From Octopus vulgaris (taxonomy: Eukaryota), in NCBI GenBank assembly GCA_951406725.2, contig OX597823.1, positions 41,602,001 to 41,666,000 on the forward strand: DNA of 64,000 nt. Reading direction: 5' to 3'. This document shows positions 52,880 to 64,000 of this stretch, one piece after another; the stretch's first letter is position 1, and every line of letters starts with the position of its first letter. Both the position numbers and the translations under genes were made by a program. The notes beneath the pieces were generated by a model that was not told where the DNA came from, searched no databases, and saw nothing but the letters and a program-made list of their open reading frames with translations.

Positions 52880-52995
52880 GATATTTTTATCAACCCTGAA
52901 AGGATGAAAGACAAAGTTGACCTTGGCAGGATCTGAATCCAGAACACAGAATGTGGGAGCAAATACTGTGATACACTCTGACAAGTCTCTGCCAA
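52880..52995 (-). mobile_element. SINE family B fragment
   Basis: CCCTGAAAGGATGAAAGACAAAGTTGACC. Confidence 0.7.
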
Positions 52996-53597
52996 TTATT
53001 CCCCTTCATATAAATAGCTCCCTACCCCTAGAAGTGTAGCAGATGCTTAGATAAAATCTAACTCTAGAAGATTCTCTACAAAGGCCTGTAATGCCTACTG
53101 TGGAGGATAGACCAATATCATATTTTTCAGTATTAATCCACCCTAATGAGATAACAAAATTAGTTAATCTATTAATGTTTCATTCATTTTGATGGTATTT
53201 ACTATAAATATACATAATTAGGTTTTTGGTAAATTTAGGATTATCTCATTAATTTATTACATTATACTCATTGTGCCTTTGTTTCTGTGTTTTGTTAAAA
53301 TTGTGCTTGAAGCTTCATAGAGAAAGTTTTAATATTCAAAAAAAAATTTGACTTAATTAGAATTGCAAAATACTACCAGTTTCAAATTCAATTATAAATT
53401 CATTTTACACAATGCTTTCAGAAACAGCAACAACAACACACACACTCACACATTTACAGACACATACACACACACATATATCACTATCATCATTTTTTAA
53501 AAGTCTAATTTTCCCTGCTTGTTGCATGGATAAGATGAGAAAATGTTGAGGCAAAATTTTAAATTGCAAAATACTTTTCTTAGTAAATACAACTACC

Positions 53598-53599
<2 letters not shown>

Positions 53600-53641
<42 letters not shown>

Positions 53642-53830
53642 TTTATATCCCTTTCCATATCAGCGTGGGCTGGACAGTTCAACAGGATCAAGAGAATCAG
53701 AAGACTATGTAGTTTTTGACATGGTTTCTATGGCTGGTTACCCTTCCTATTACCAACCACTTTACAGAGTGTGGTGGCTGCATTTTCCATAGCAGTAATG
53801 CTAATGAAATTTCTATGTAACTCACAAGAC
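53600..53830 (-). mobile_element. Family D repeat with long (CAT)n tail
   Basis: CCCTTCCTATTACCAACCACTTTACAGAGTG. Confidence 0.75.
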
Positions 53831-54269
53831 TAAAGAACCACACATCCTTACCTGAATGGTAGAATAATGGAGAGCAAGTTGCCTTTATGCTAGTATTGAA
53901 AGAGTAGGAGATGACATACAGTGCTAGAAAAGATGGAGAAGAGCAACAGAATAATAATAATGATATTGTTGATAGGGAAAGGATGAAAGAATGAGAGATA
54001 ACACATGGTTTATAGGTGCAGACGTAGTGCATGTGACATGAGAGAGATGTATAGTGGTAAAGGAGACATAATTTGGTCATTCAGGAGAGTGATCAATGTA
54101 AACTGTTGGTGGAGAAGACAGTATTAAAAATGAAGGAGAGATATCAGAGAAACTGGTGATGCATGCAGTTCAGCTCATATTACAGCAGCAAAACATTGCA
54201 GTTAGAGAGATGATTAGTGATGGGAATTTCTTAAAGAGAAAATCAGGCAAGGGACCTAGTTGTGGATAC

Positions 54270-54314
<45 letters not shown>

Positions 54315-54594
54315 TTGTGTTCTGACAATTTCAGATTTGCCAAGAAGGATGGGGAATTTCAAGAATCACATATCACCAAACATCCCAAATATTTATCCTC
54401 TTTTTCTTCACTACTTCATCCTATGTCTTCCAGCATCTTTCCCTTCCTCAGGCTCTTCATGATATATATATATATATATGCCTCTGATAGTACTATAGTT
54501 GGGCAGACTTGTATAATGCACTCTCTCCAACAAGCAGAACTATATATATATATGACTGTACTCTGCAGCAGAAGTATTAAAACCAGTCCTAATG

Positions 54595-54790
54595 GTAGTG
54601 CCACATGAAAGTGTTTTTGCAGTGCCACATAATAGCAACTGTACCACACCCTGTAAAAATACCTGTGCAGTGTCACATAAAAGCACCCAGTACACTCTGT
54701 AAAGTGGTTGGTGTTAGGAAGGGCATCCAGCAGTGGAAACCATGCAAACTATGCCAGAATGGACAATGGACAATAACAATGGTGATGATG
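54595..54790 (+). mobile_element. Family D repeat
   Basis: GTGCCACAT subrepeats, GGTTGGTGTTAGGAAGGGCATCCAG. Confidence 0.75.
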
Positions 54791-54818
54791 TGATTATCAT
54801 GATGATTATATATATATA

Positions 54819-55025
54819 GAGACGCAATGGCCCAATGGTTAGGGCAGCGGACTCAGGGTCATAGGATCGTGGTTTCGATTCCCAGACCGGGCATTATGAG
54901 TGTTTATTGAGCGAAAACACCTAAAGATCCACGAGGCTCCAGCAGTGGGTGGTGGTGATCCCTACTGTACTCTTTCGCCACAACTTTCTCTCACTCTTTC
55001 TTCTGTTGGCCTGCTTGCTTGCTTA
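54819..55025 (+). mobile_element. SINE family E (tRNA-derived head), young
   Basis: A-box TGGCCCAATGG, B-box GGTTTCGATTCCC, CpG-rich; body is not tRNA-like. Confidence 0.7.
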
Positions 55026-55211
55026 GTCCATTAGTGTTTGCCTGGCAAAATATTATAAGTGTCAAACTAACAACTATAAATTAAATATTTTATTCACTCT
55101 CAGACCTATTTGAGTTCTTTATTCTTTATTCTAAGTAACTGAACATTATGTCTTTTGAATTTGTCATCCACTGGGATATTTATGTATTTATGCATATCTG
55201 TACATATATTT

Positions 55212-55628
55212 TATCTTTTACTTATTTCAGTCATTAGACTGTGGCCATACTGGGGCACCGCTTTGAATTTTTAGTTGAATCAAACCTAGTGCTTATTTTT
55301 CAAGCCTGGTACTTATTCTATTGGTCACTTTTGTTGACCCACTAAGTTACTGGACATAAACACACCAACACAGGTTGTCATATAGTGATGGGGAGAGAAA
55401 CACAGACACAAAGACACACACACACACACATAGATATATATGTATACACATATATATGTATATACAATGGGCTTCTTTTGGTTTCCGTCAACCATATCCA
55501 CTCACAAGGCTTTGGTTAGCTTGAGGCTATAATAGAAGACACTTGTCCAAGGTGCCACACTGTAGGATTGAACCTGGAACCATTTGGTTTGGAAGCAAGC
55601 ATCTTACCACACAGCCACTCCTGCACCT
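55212..55628 (-). mobile_element. SINE family A, full length
   Basis: Reverse complement of 22542-22911. Confidence 0.88.
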
Positions 55629-55767
55629 AGTACATATGTACATAGATATGCATGTTTTTCAGTTATTGTTTAAAGAATACCTGCAGAGTATTTGCTGATG
55701 AGGGTAACCCAAAACAGACAGTAGAGTCAAATTCATTTAATGTCCTAATCAAATGGAACTTTGTGTA

Positions 55768-55802
<35 letters not shown>

Positions 55803-56525
55803 TATTGAGTGAGAGAGAGAATAAGGTTTTACAATTGAATTGAAAGAAACATATACTTCAGGGTGATTGATTCGGAGAAATCCCAACAGAAATGAAATCT
55901 TTAAGAGCAGGCGCATAGGAATATTCCAAATACTATTATCCATCAAACATTTGGAGCATCACTTTCCTTCACCTGAAAAACAAATGGTAAATGCTGTCAT
56001 TATGTTCATCAAGTCCCAACAGAATATTCTGGTATTGATTAGAATACTTATTTATCAATTATGTTGTGCTTAATATGATCATGTGCCTTTGTGAGTGAGA
56101 AGTACTCAACTACTTTTGAAGGGATCAGTCAGTAATAGTTGAATTATCACGCTCAGAAGTAGAATTTTCCAAAGATATGATTTATCATTGTCTAAGTATA
56201 AATCAAATTCCTGGAAAGAAATCTAACACCTGCCATCAAAATTAAAGAAAAGAAAATTTAAAGTTAGGATTGTGGTTATAGAATTATAATTTTCTGAATT
56301 GCATTTCAGGAAAAAAAAATAAAGATATATTCTTTAGAGTAATTGGTTTAGAGAGTTCTCAACAGAAATTAATTCCTTGGAAATAGATATATGCATATCC
56401 CAAACACTAATATCCATTAAACTTTCAAAATATTGCTTTGCTTCACACACATATATCTATGTATGTAATATATGTGCTTGAGTATATACATGTATTTTTA
56501 TCCCTCTCTCCATCTTTCTTTCTTG

Positions 56526-56556
<31 letters not shown>

Positions 56557-57619
56557 TATATACAGAGAGAGATAGACACACTGAGAAATACGAGCAGTTA
56601 TTTCCTGGCAATGTTGAAGTTCATAAATAATGTAAACAAAGTCCCCTTGTGATTAAAATACATTTTAGTCTTCTTCCATCTTAAATCTGATTTTCTTTAT
56701 GATCACATAAAGTTCTCTGCAATCTCTGAAGGTATATACACACATACACACACACATATTTCTGTCAAAAGTGTCCATTGTAAAGTATACTGTAGTTTAA
56801 AAGAAACATTTAACAAAAAACAAACAAAAAAATTATATATGATACTAATTTTGAGCATATTTTAATTAAGAGTATAACTTGTGAAAAAACAACATTGAAG
56901 TGAAATGCTATCAATATTACAAATGGTAAAACTGTATCAAAACCTTACTTCATTGAGAGCAATGGTGTATTATACATGAAAACTATAGACTAGTAGTAAG
57001 ATGTTATCTTAAAAATAACATTATGGTAGTGATATGTGAAATTTATATAGAAAGATTATTTAGTTTTATATTTTTGCATGAGAATCATCATCATCATCAT
57101 CATCATCGATGGCAAAATACATCAAACTGAGAGGACGGCAAGTAAGTGAAGTAGTGTCAAGAATAACTGTTGCTGGGGATTCCTCTTCATACCTTGTTAT
57201 AAATCAGTATGTGCTCAGTTGGTCAGTAAGTCAAATGATAACTTGCTGACCAATTGCATCATTAGTCTCGATTTCTACTGCTTCAGCTTCACCATACCAG
57301 CAAAACAGATAATCTGCTCAACCACACAATTTCAATGGATGGCCAGTAACCATTACCAGTTACCTTCAGAGCTACAAAACTTAGAAACAAAACTATTCCT
57401 CCTTCTTCTTCAAGCTACTATGCTTCAGTGGCAGTTTAATGACTGCTGTTTGCAAAACCATGCATAAAGGAAGGTTTATATGTACAGGTCACATATTTAA
57501 GTTATTGTCATTAGGAATATTTTTACAAGAAATAGCTCCCCAGCAAAAAAAAAAGAAGAAAAACTATGCATACTGGTGAACTACCTCAACCATAAGAATA
57601 CATGCTGATCTATGTAATG

Positions 57620-57834
57620 ATGTATGCTGAAAAGTTCCTGGCTTTAAGGGTATCGTGACAGGCCTGATCAGATGCTCAACCTTCAGAGTTCTTTTACAAG
57701 ATTTCAAAAAAACTGAAGGATCATTGCAATGAGTGTGTGAATCTGAGAGGGAAGTATGTTGAAGAAAATCATAATTAACTGATCCTCCTGTATTTTCTTT
57801 TACTCAAAAGCAAGGACTTTTCAGCACCCCTTTG
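57620..57834 (+). mobile_element. Mariner-derived MITE
   Basis: TIRs TGCTGAAAAGTTCCTGGCTTT / AAAGCAAGGACTTTTCAGCA; internal remnant KLKDHCNECVNLRGKYVE resembles the mariner C-terminus KCV..GDYVE. Confidence 0.75.
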
Positions 57835-58669
57835 GACATTCTATGTTAGATCCAGTGTGCCAAATGCAACAAGTGATACATGATTGACAGCATTATTTGT
57901 GCCACTAAACATTTGAATCAATCAGCATCTCAACACATTCACATCAGCTTTTTTAAATAAACAAAAACATCTTGAGAAAAGTAGTGGCAAAAATAAGAAT
58001 GTTGTAGTTACCATTAAAGCTACAGATTACAAAATCAGTAAGTTGTGTATAACAAAGCTATTCAAAAACCATCTGTCAAAAATATATATCTGGTTTGAAT
58101 TGAGTGAGTATCAACAGATACTATGAAAATTATGCTTCACAATACTTGATCCAGCCTCTTCCATGCAATACTACCATACTTGGACATTTAGGTTGTAGTG
58201 CATGTTAATCAACCCTAAATTTCTATGCCTCTAAAATATGTGGTAATTGGAATATTACACATTGGTATTTGATTTACCAACAAAATGGATATTTATTCTT
58301 GAATGCATTTGAAAAGAAGTTTTAACTCAAAAATTAGAAATAATTAGATGTTTCTAAGTTAATATTTCAATATGGTGGCTATTTTTATTTTTTAAAGTTT
58401 TATCTGCATTGTTATTGCCTTCAACATGACACTTGCTTTTAATATGTCCCTCAATGCTTCCAGCAAATGCCCAAATACTTCTGAGTGCATATATATGTGC
58501 ATGTGTGTGAGTATGAATATATGTGTGTGTATATGAATATATATATATATATATATATGAATATATATATGTATATATACATATATGTTTATATGCTTAT
58601 AAATAGAGAGAGAGACAGACATACAGAGAGGAGCGAGGGAAAGAGAGAGCTATTATATTTTATTTATAT

Positions 58670-58911
58670 ATATATATATTTATTTATTTATTGCCCACAA
58701 GGGGCTAAACATAGAGGGGACAAACAAGGACAGACAAAGGGATTAAGTCGATTACATTGACCTCATTGTGTAACTGGTACTTATTTAATTGACCCTAATA
58801 GGATGAAAGGTAAAGTCAACCTCAGCAGAATTTGAGCTCAGAATGTAATGACAGACGAAATACTGCTAAGCATTTCACCCGGGGTGCTAATGATTCTGCC
58901 AGCTCACCGCC
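58670..58911 (-). mobile_element. SINE family B, full length
   Basis: Minus strand GGCGGTGAGCTGGCAGAATCATTAGCAC...CCTTTCATCCTATTAGGGTCAATTAAATAAGTACCAG...(AAAT)n. Confidence 0.85.
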
Positions 58912-59065
58912 TTGATATATATATATATATAATTATTGAAGTAGATAAATGAATTATCTTATTACGGATTATTTAAATGATAACCGACACCTGGGTAGCA
59001 AAAATCCCGTAGAAAATAATAAAAAGGAATTTTGTTAAATCTTCGTTCAGCTCCATTTCTTCCTA

Positions 59066-59105
<40 letters not shown>

Positions 59106-59328
59106 TGTGTAAATAATTTTATGTGCATGTAATAATGTATATATGTATTTATATGGATATATGTTTGTTTGTATAAAAATAAATGTGTGTGTGTGTGCAT
59201 TTGCATGTTGTTGCTATATTATTCTAAATAATTCACAACCAACTGTTCATTTCATCAGACATAGATTGTACACACAGAAACACACATACACACTCACACT
59301 TTCCTTACCTTTTTTCTCTCTCCATTTC

Positions 59329-59359
<31 letters not shown>

Positions 59360-59916
59360 GTATGTATGTGTTTCCCAGTGCATCAAATGCACTGAGATTT
59401 TGATGTGATTCTGGATTAGCCCTTGGTGTCGCTTAGTCAGAAAAGTTACAAACAAGCACTGCATGTATTTCTTTAATGATAAAATATGAAATTATTTTAC
59501 TGCCTCATTGAGTTAACATCTCAATTTTGCTAGAGGTTTTTCAACTGTATGTGTACACAAGCCTCACTTTCAAGTCTTAAGCTAGTTTAACTTGTATATT
59601 AATTGCGATTGACTTGTATTTGAAGTTTATTTAAGAAATTTTATAATTCACCTATTTTATTTTGTAATAGTAATTAACAAATCACTTTACAAGAACATAC
59701 ATGCACATATACACACATGCACAAATAAACATATATATGCATGCACTTATATGTTTGTTTGTGTGTGTCTCCATATATATATATGTAAATATATAGATGT
59801 ATACGTATATAAATGTATAGGTATATAAATACATATATATATATTTATACAAATATGAACACATATAAACACTCAAATACACATATATCCACTTATATAT
59901 ATGTGTATGTATATGT

Positions 59917-59993
<77 letters not shown>

Positions 59994-60119
59994 CATATAT
60001 GTATATATACCCATATATACATCTAATACTATCTAATTTGAATTGTTTATTTTTTAACTTCAAATACACACTGTTGTGTAATCATAAACTCTTATTTATT
60101 TACTTATTTATTTGTGATT

Positions 60120-60151
<32 letters not shown>

Positions 60152-60706
60152 TATTATTATTATTAATATCATTATTATTATTATTATTATTGTTATTATT
60201 TCTATTATTTCATATTTCTATGAGCTGGAAAGATGAAGTGAATAAGTTATTTGATATTTTACTTTATCTCCAAGATAAAATGTTTAACATGAAAGTCTGA
60301 TGTAGATTTCATTGGTAATTTTGATGTTAGCATATTGGACAGTATTCTCTGTTTCTTGCACACACCTCTCACGCATATACACACATATGCATAGTCACAC
60401 ATCCACACACATACACTCACAAAAAGAGAGAGAGAGAGTGAGAGGGAGCTGATTCCTTATTATTGTGTTATAAGTGTTATTAAATATATGTGTGTGTGTA
60501 AATGTATGTATACATATATATATATATGCATGTGTGTGTGTGTTCTGCAATATATGCATACGTGTATATTGTATATACATATATATCCACTTGCGTATTA
60601 TATATATGTATTTACTTATATGTGTATATATAAATGTGTGTGATGTATGTGTGTGTGATGCATGTGTGTATATGTGATGCATGTGTGTGTGTTTACATAT
60701 ATTTAA

Positions 60707-60782
<76 letters not shown>

Positions 60783-60936
60783 ATATATATTTATTATATG
60801 TGTATATATAAATGTCTGGCTGTCTCTGTATACATATAGATATAAATATATAATATTTATAGATATATACATATGTATATGCATGTGTATATATGTGTAT
60901 TCTTTTTCTCACTCATTAATATATATCTGTGTGCAA

Positions 60937-60981
<45 letters not shown>

Positions 60982-61608
60982 CTATACGTACATATATACA
61001 TACATACATACATACACACATACACAAAGATATTATATTCAGTATATTGTAGCAGCTTCAAAGAGACAGCTTATGAATATCGCCAAAAGATTTATTTCTA
61101 TAAAGTAAAATTTATATATAGGTGTCAATTCTAAACACAATAGCCATTCTTCTTTCCCCACTGTCAATGTATGAATGCCATCCTTCTACACTCAATAGAA
61201 AGTACATGTTCTTGGTTATTGTAGTTGAAAATTGTCTTTGTATGTTAAAAACACCCTCTTGCATGCTTTTGCTTTGAATTTTATGTCAAGTATTTTAATC
61301 TTAATGAAAGAACCATAATAGATATTTTGTGGCGGAACAATTATTAGATTTGATGTCTGGATGAATTATTGTTCTTCTACTTCTTAGGTAGTCTTAGGCA
61401 GGTTGGGAATTAAATTTGTAAGAGATCACCAAATACAAGTATACAAGTCTTTAGTGTGTTTTTGAGACCATGCTACATGCTTTTTTATGTTCTTCTCTTG
61501 ATAGAATTTACAAGTACCCCTTGTTAGGTGTTTGTGTTGGCTGTGACTATGAGATAGCTGACCAAATGATTTGGAACATACCTTCTTAAACTCTTTTTTA
61601 ACTATCAC

Positions 61609-63270
61609 TTTTAGGATGGAATCAAGCATTAATCTGGTTCATTTGTTTAACATTGTGCTGTGTGTATGTGTATGCGACAGTGTTCTTAGAAGGTTAGGTG
61701 TAACAAGTTTTATATCATCATGTTTTACAAAGGTGCATGTGAAATAATATAAAAGGTGTACAAACTGTTTGTTCCTTCATTAGTGAATTTAGTCAGTTGG
61801 TGTGCCTAGTGATTAAGTTGCTGTGCCTAGTGAGGGTTAAAGGTTCATGGTGAGAGAATAGAGAGTCAGTGTTGCTCTAGCAACATAGTGTGGTAGTTGT
61901 CATGGCCAGAAGTAAAAGAGAACGAGCAGTCCTAGCTGTGTGACAGTTGACAAGTTGTCTGCCTAGGAGGGGAAACAGATGAAGAGAGAGAATGAACGGC
62001 TGGCTGTCCGACTAGGGTTTTTATACCTCCCTGTTGGAAGTGCCAATGAAGTGCCACCTACCGATGACAGAATCAGGTAACATAACTCTGCTCTGTTTCC
62101 TTTAGCCTTTATGACCCTTGATACACTACTTCCCTCCATGACTATAAGTCAAAAAAGAGGTACATTGTAGCAAAAGGCCAATCTAGAGAACAAAGCAGAG
62201 GAAATGAACGTATCCATAAAATGGCAGAAATGGGTCATTTCATATAAAGATAGTTCGAAGGAGGTGAGATGCTTGAAAGTATCAAAACAGCAACTGAGTA
62301 ACAGTATCAAAACAGTATCAAAACAGCAACTGAGTAACAATTTCGGCAGTGCTTGCTGTGTCTGATACAATTCCACAAACTGAAGCTTTGCATTAGAAAC
62401 ACAAGGAGCAAGAAAAGATGCTGTAATCTGAGTGCTGTCCAGTGCTGTAAAATGAAGCAGAGTTGAGCTGGTGTAAATGAGCTAGCTTCACAGGGTTGTA
62501 AAAGCTCAGTAAGTCAAAGCAGTGAGTTGATCCAATTAATGAAATCCAAAAGATGGAACTGATGTGCATAGCTGTCAAAGGTCGCACTACCTGGGGAATA
62601 CCGCAATGAAAGAAAGAATGTAAATAGTAAAGGAAAAGTTTTTAACAATTTTGCCAAAAGACGTAAGCCACGATTGACATAGCAGCTTGCAGATGAAGTT
62701 GAAATGACTCCCTAGTGATTTAAATCCAAATCTCTGACATCAGTTCTCTTTCTATATTTTTTTTTTGTTTTGAGAAAAGTCCATTATGGAATATTCTAAC
62801 GGTGAAGGTCACCATTTTAGGATGGGGTCAAGCATTAGTCTGGTTCATTTGTTTAGTGTTGTGCTGTGTGTATATGAATGCAGCAAGCAGTGTTCAGACA
62901 AGGCTATGTGTAACAAGTTTTATATCATGTTCTACAAAGGTGCGTGCAAAATAATATAAAAGGTGTACGAACTGTTTGTTCCTTTATTAGTGAATTTAGT
63001 CAGTCAGTGTGGCTATTTATTAAGCTATTAGTCATTGCAGTTTAAAGGATCGTTCTGAAAGAATAGAGAGTGAGCATTGCTCTAGCTACATAGCATGATT
63101 GTCATGGCCAGGAGTAAAAGAGCTAGCAGTCCTAGCTGTGTGTGGCAGTTGACAAGTTGCCTGCCCAGAAGGAGGAATAGAAGAAGAGAGAGAATGAAAA
63201 TCTGACTACTGACAACAGAATGGGGTAGAGTAACCCCACTAACTGCTGTAATTCAGTAAAATTGAATACA
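61609..63270 (-). mobile_element. Non-autonomous LTR retrotransposon (TRIM/LARD-like): LTRs 62815-63270 and 61609-62125
   Basis: Direct repeats offset by 1206 bp; PBS-like TGGTGACC (62807-62814); PPT GGAGGGAAGTAG (62126-62137) abutting TG; TATAAAA at 62018-62025; AATAAA at 62983-62988. Confidence 0.75.
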
Positions 63271-63639
63271 CTACTGGTGTATACATGCACATATAAGTTG
63301 TTATATTACTTAATGCTACAGATTACATTGTTTACTTTTTGTCAAATAATAATAATATCTTGGAAATATTTTATGGTAGTTCTTTACCTATTATCTTCTT
63401 TCCCACCCACTCTTATATAATACAAGGTAGCCCTGTATCTCTTCTGTAGCAAGACACCTGTACTTGTTCCTGTATCATACTTTAGCTGGCATAAAATCAC
63501 CTCAGGCTCTACTACAGCCCAACTTAGACAAAGAGTCTTCTTCTCCATCTTCTGAATTACTTGACACCCTTACTAGTACCTGTGTTACCAAAGAGAAAAG
63601 AAATCACCTAATATATGCTCTTAAATGGTCTACATTAAG

Positions 63640-63765
63640 AAGAGCATCTAGTCATAGCAAAAATGCCAAAGCAGACATTGGAGCATGATGCAGTCCTTGA
63701 ATGTTTTCAGTTCTGTGAAACCATGCCAGCATGGAATATGGACATTAAATGAGGATAATGATGAT
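63640..63765 (+). mobile_element. Family D 3' fragment
   Basis: CCATGCCAGCATGGAATATGGACATTAAATGA. Confidence 0.7.
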
Positions 63766-64000
63766 TTTTAAAATGAGTCTGGGAATTTTTGAAATTTATG
63801 AGTTCTTAACATTGTTATCAAAAGAAAGTAAGGAAATTAAAATTAGGTCGCAAGCTTAATTTAAGAATTTAATTAGTCATTCTGCAGTACCCTATACAAT
63901 GTAAGCAAATGTTTAAAATAAGTTGTTACATTTGGCACATCATATTGAGTCTGAACTGCAAGCAACCAACAATGAATTTTTCAAGTTAAAGATATCCAGA

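Noticed and set aside
57109-57148. ATG...CAA|GTAAGT micro-exon (MAKYIKLRGRQ)
   Set aside because: A single donor consensus is expected by chance; no supporting promoter or partner exon
59240-59265. Minus-strand CTGATGA
   Set aside because: No stem II or GAAA
62276-62340. AGTATCAAAACAGCAACTGAGTAACA tandem duplication
   Set aside because: Local slippage within the LTR element's internal region

Overview
AT-rich, repeat-saturated eukaryotic DNA with no intact protein-coding gene, rRNA, tRNA or CRISPR array that I can support. It is probably intronic or intergenic. The SINE families and the load of (TA)n/(CA)n/(TATG)n/(GAT)n microsatellites resemble an Octopus (coleoid cephalopod) genome; this is an inference from remembered repeat families, not a database result. 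Almost all supplied ORFs are microsatellite translations. Recognisable content: (1) dozens of SINE-like copies in about five families, labelled A-E here with approximate boundaries; (2) decayed RTE/BovB and R4/Dong-like LINE pieces; (3) two DD37D (maT) Tc1/mariner derivatives, a mariner MITE and nested TTAA piggyBac-type MITEs; (4) an internally deleted Helitron; (5) a 1.66-kb non-autonomous LTR element; (6) a Penelope-like ORF fragment. The most interesting signal is a set of sequence-unrelated type I hammerhead ribozyme motifs. The best (38908-38948) caps a ~55-bp G-U-rich rod inside a 307-bp partial tandem unit full of hairpins, making it a candidate retrozyme or circular-RNA retroelement. 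All folds and alignments were done by eye.
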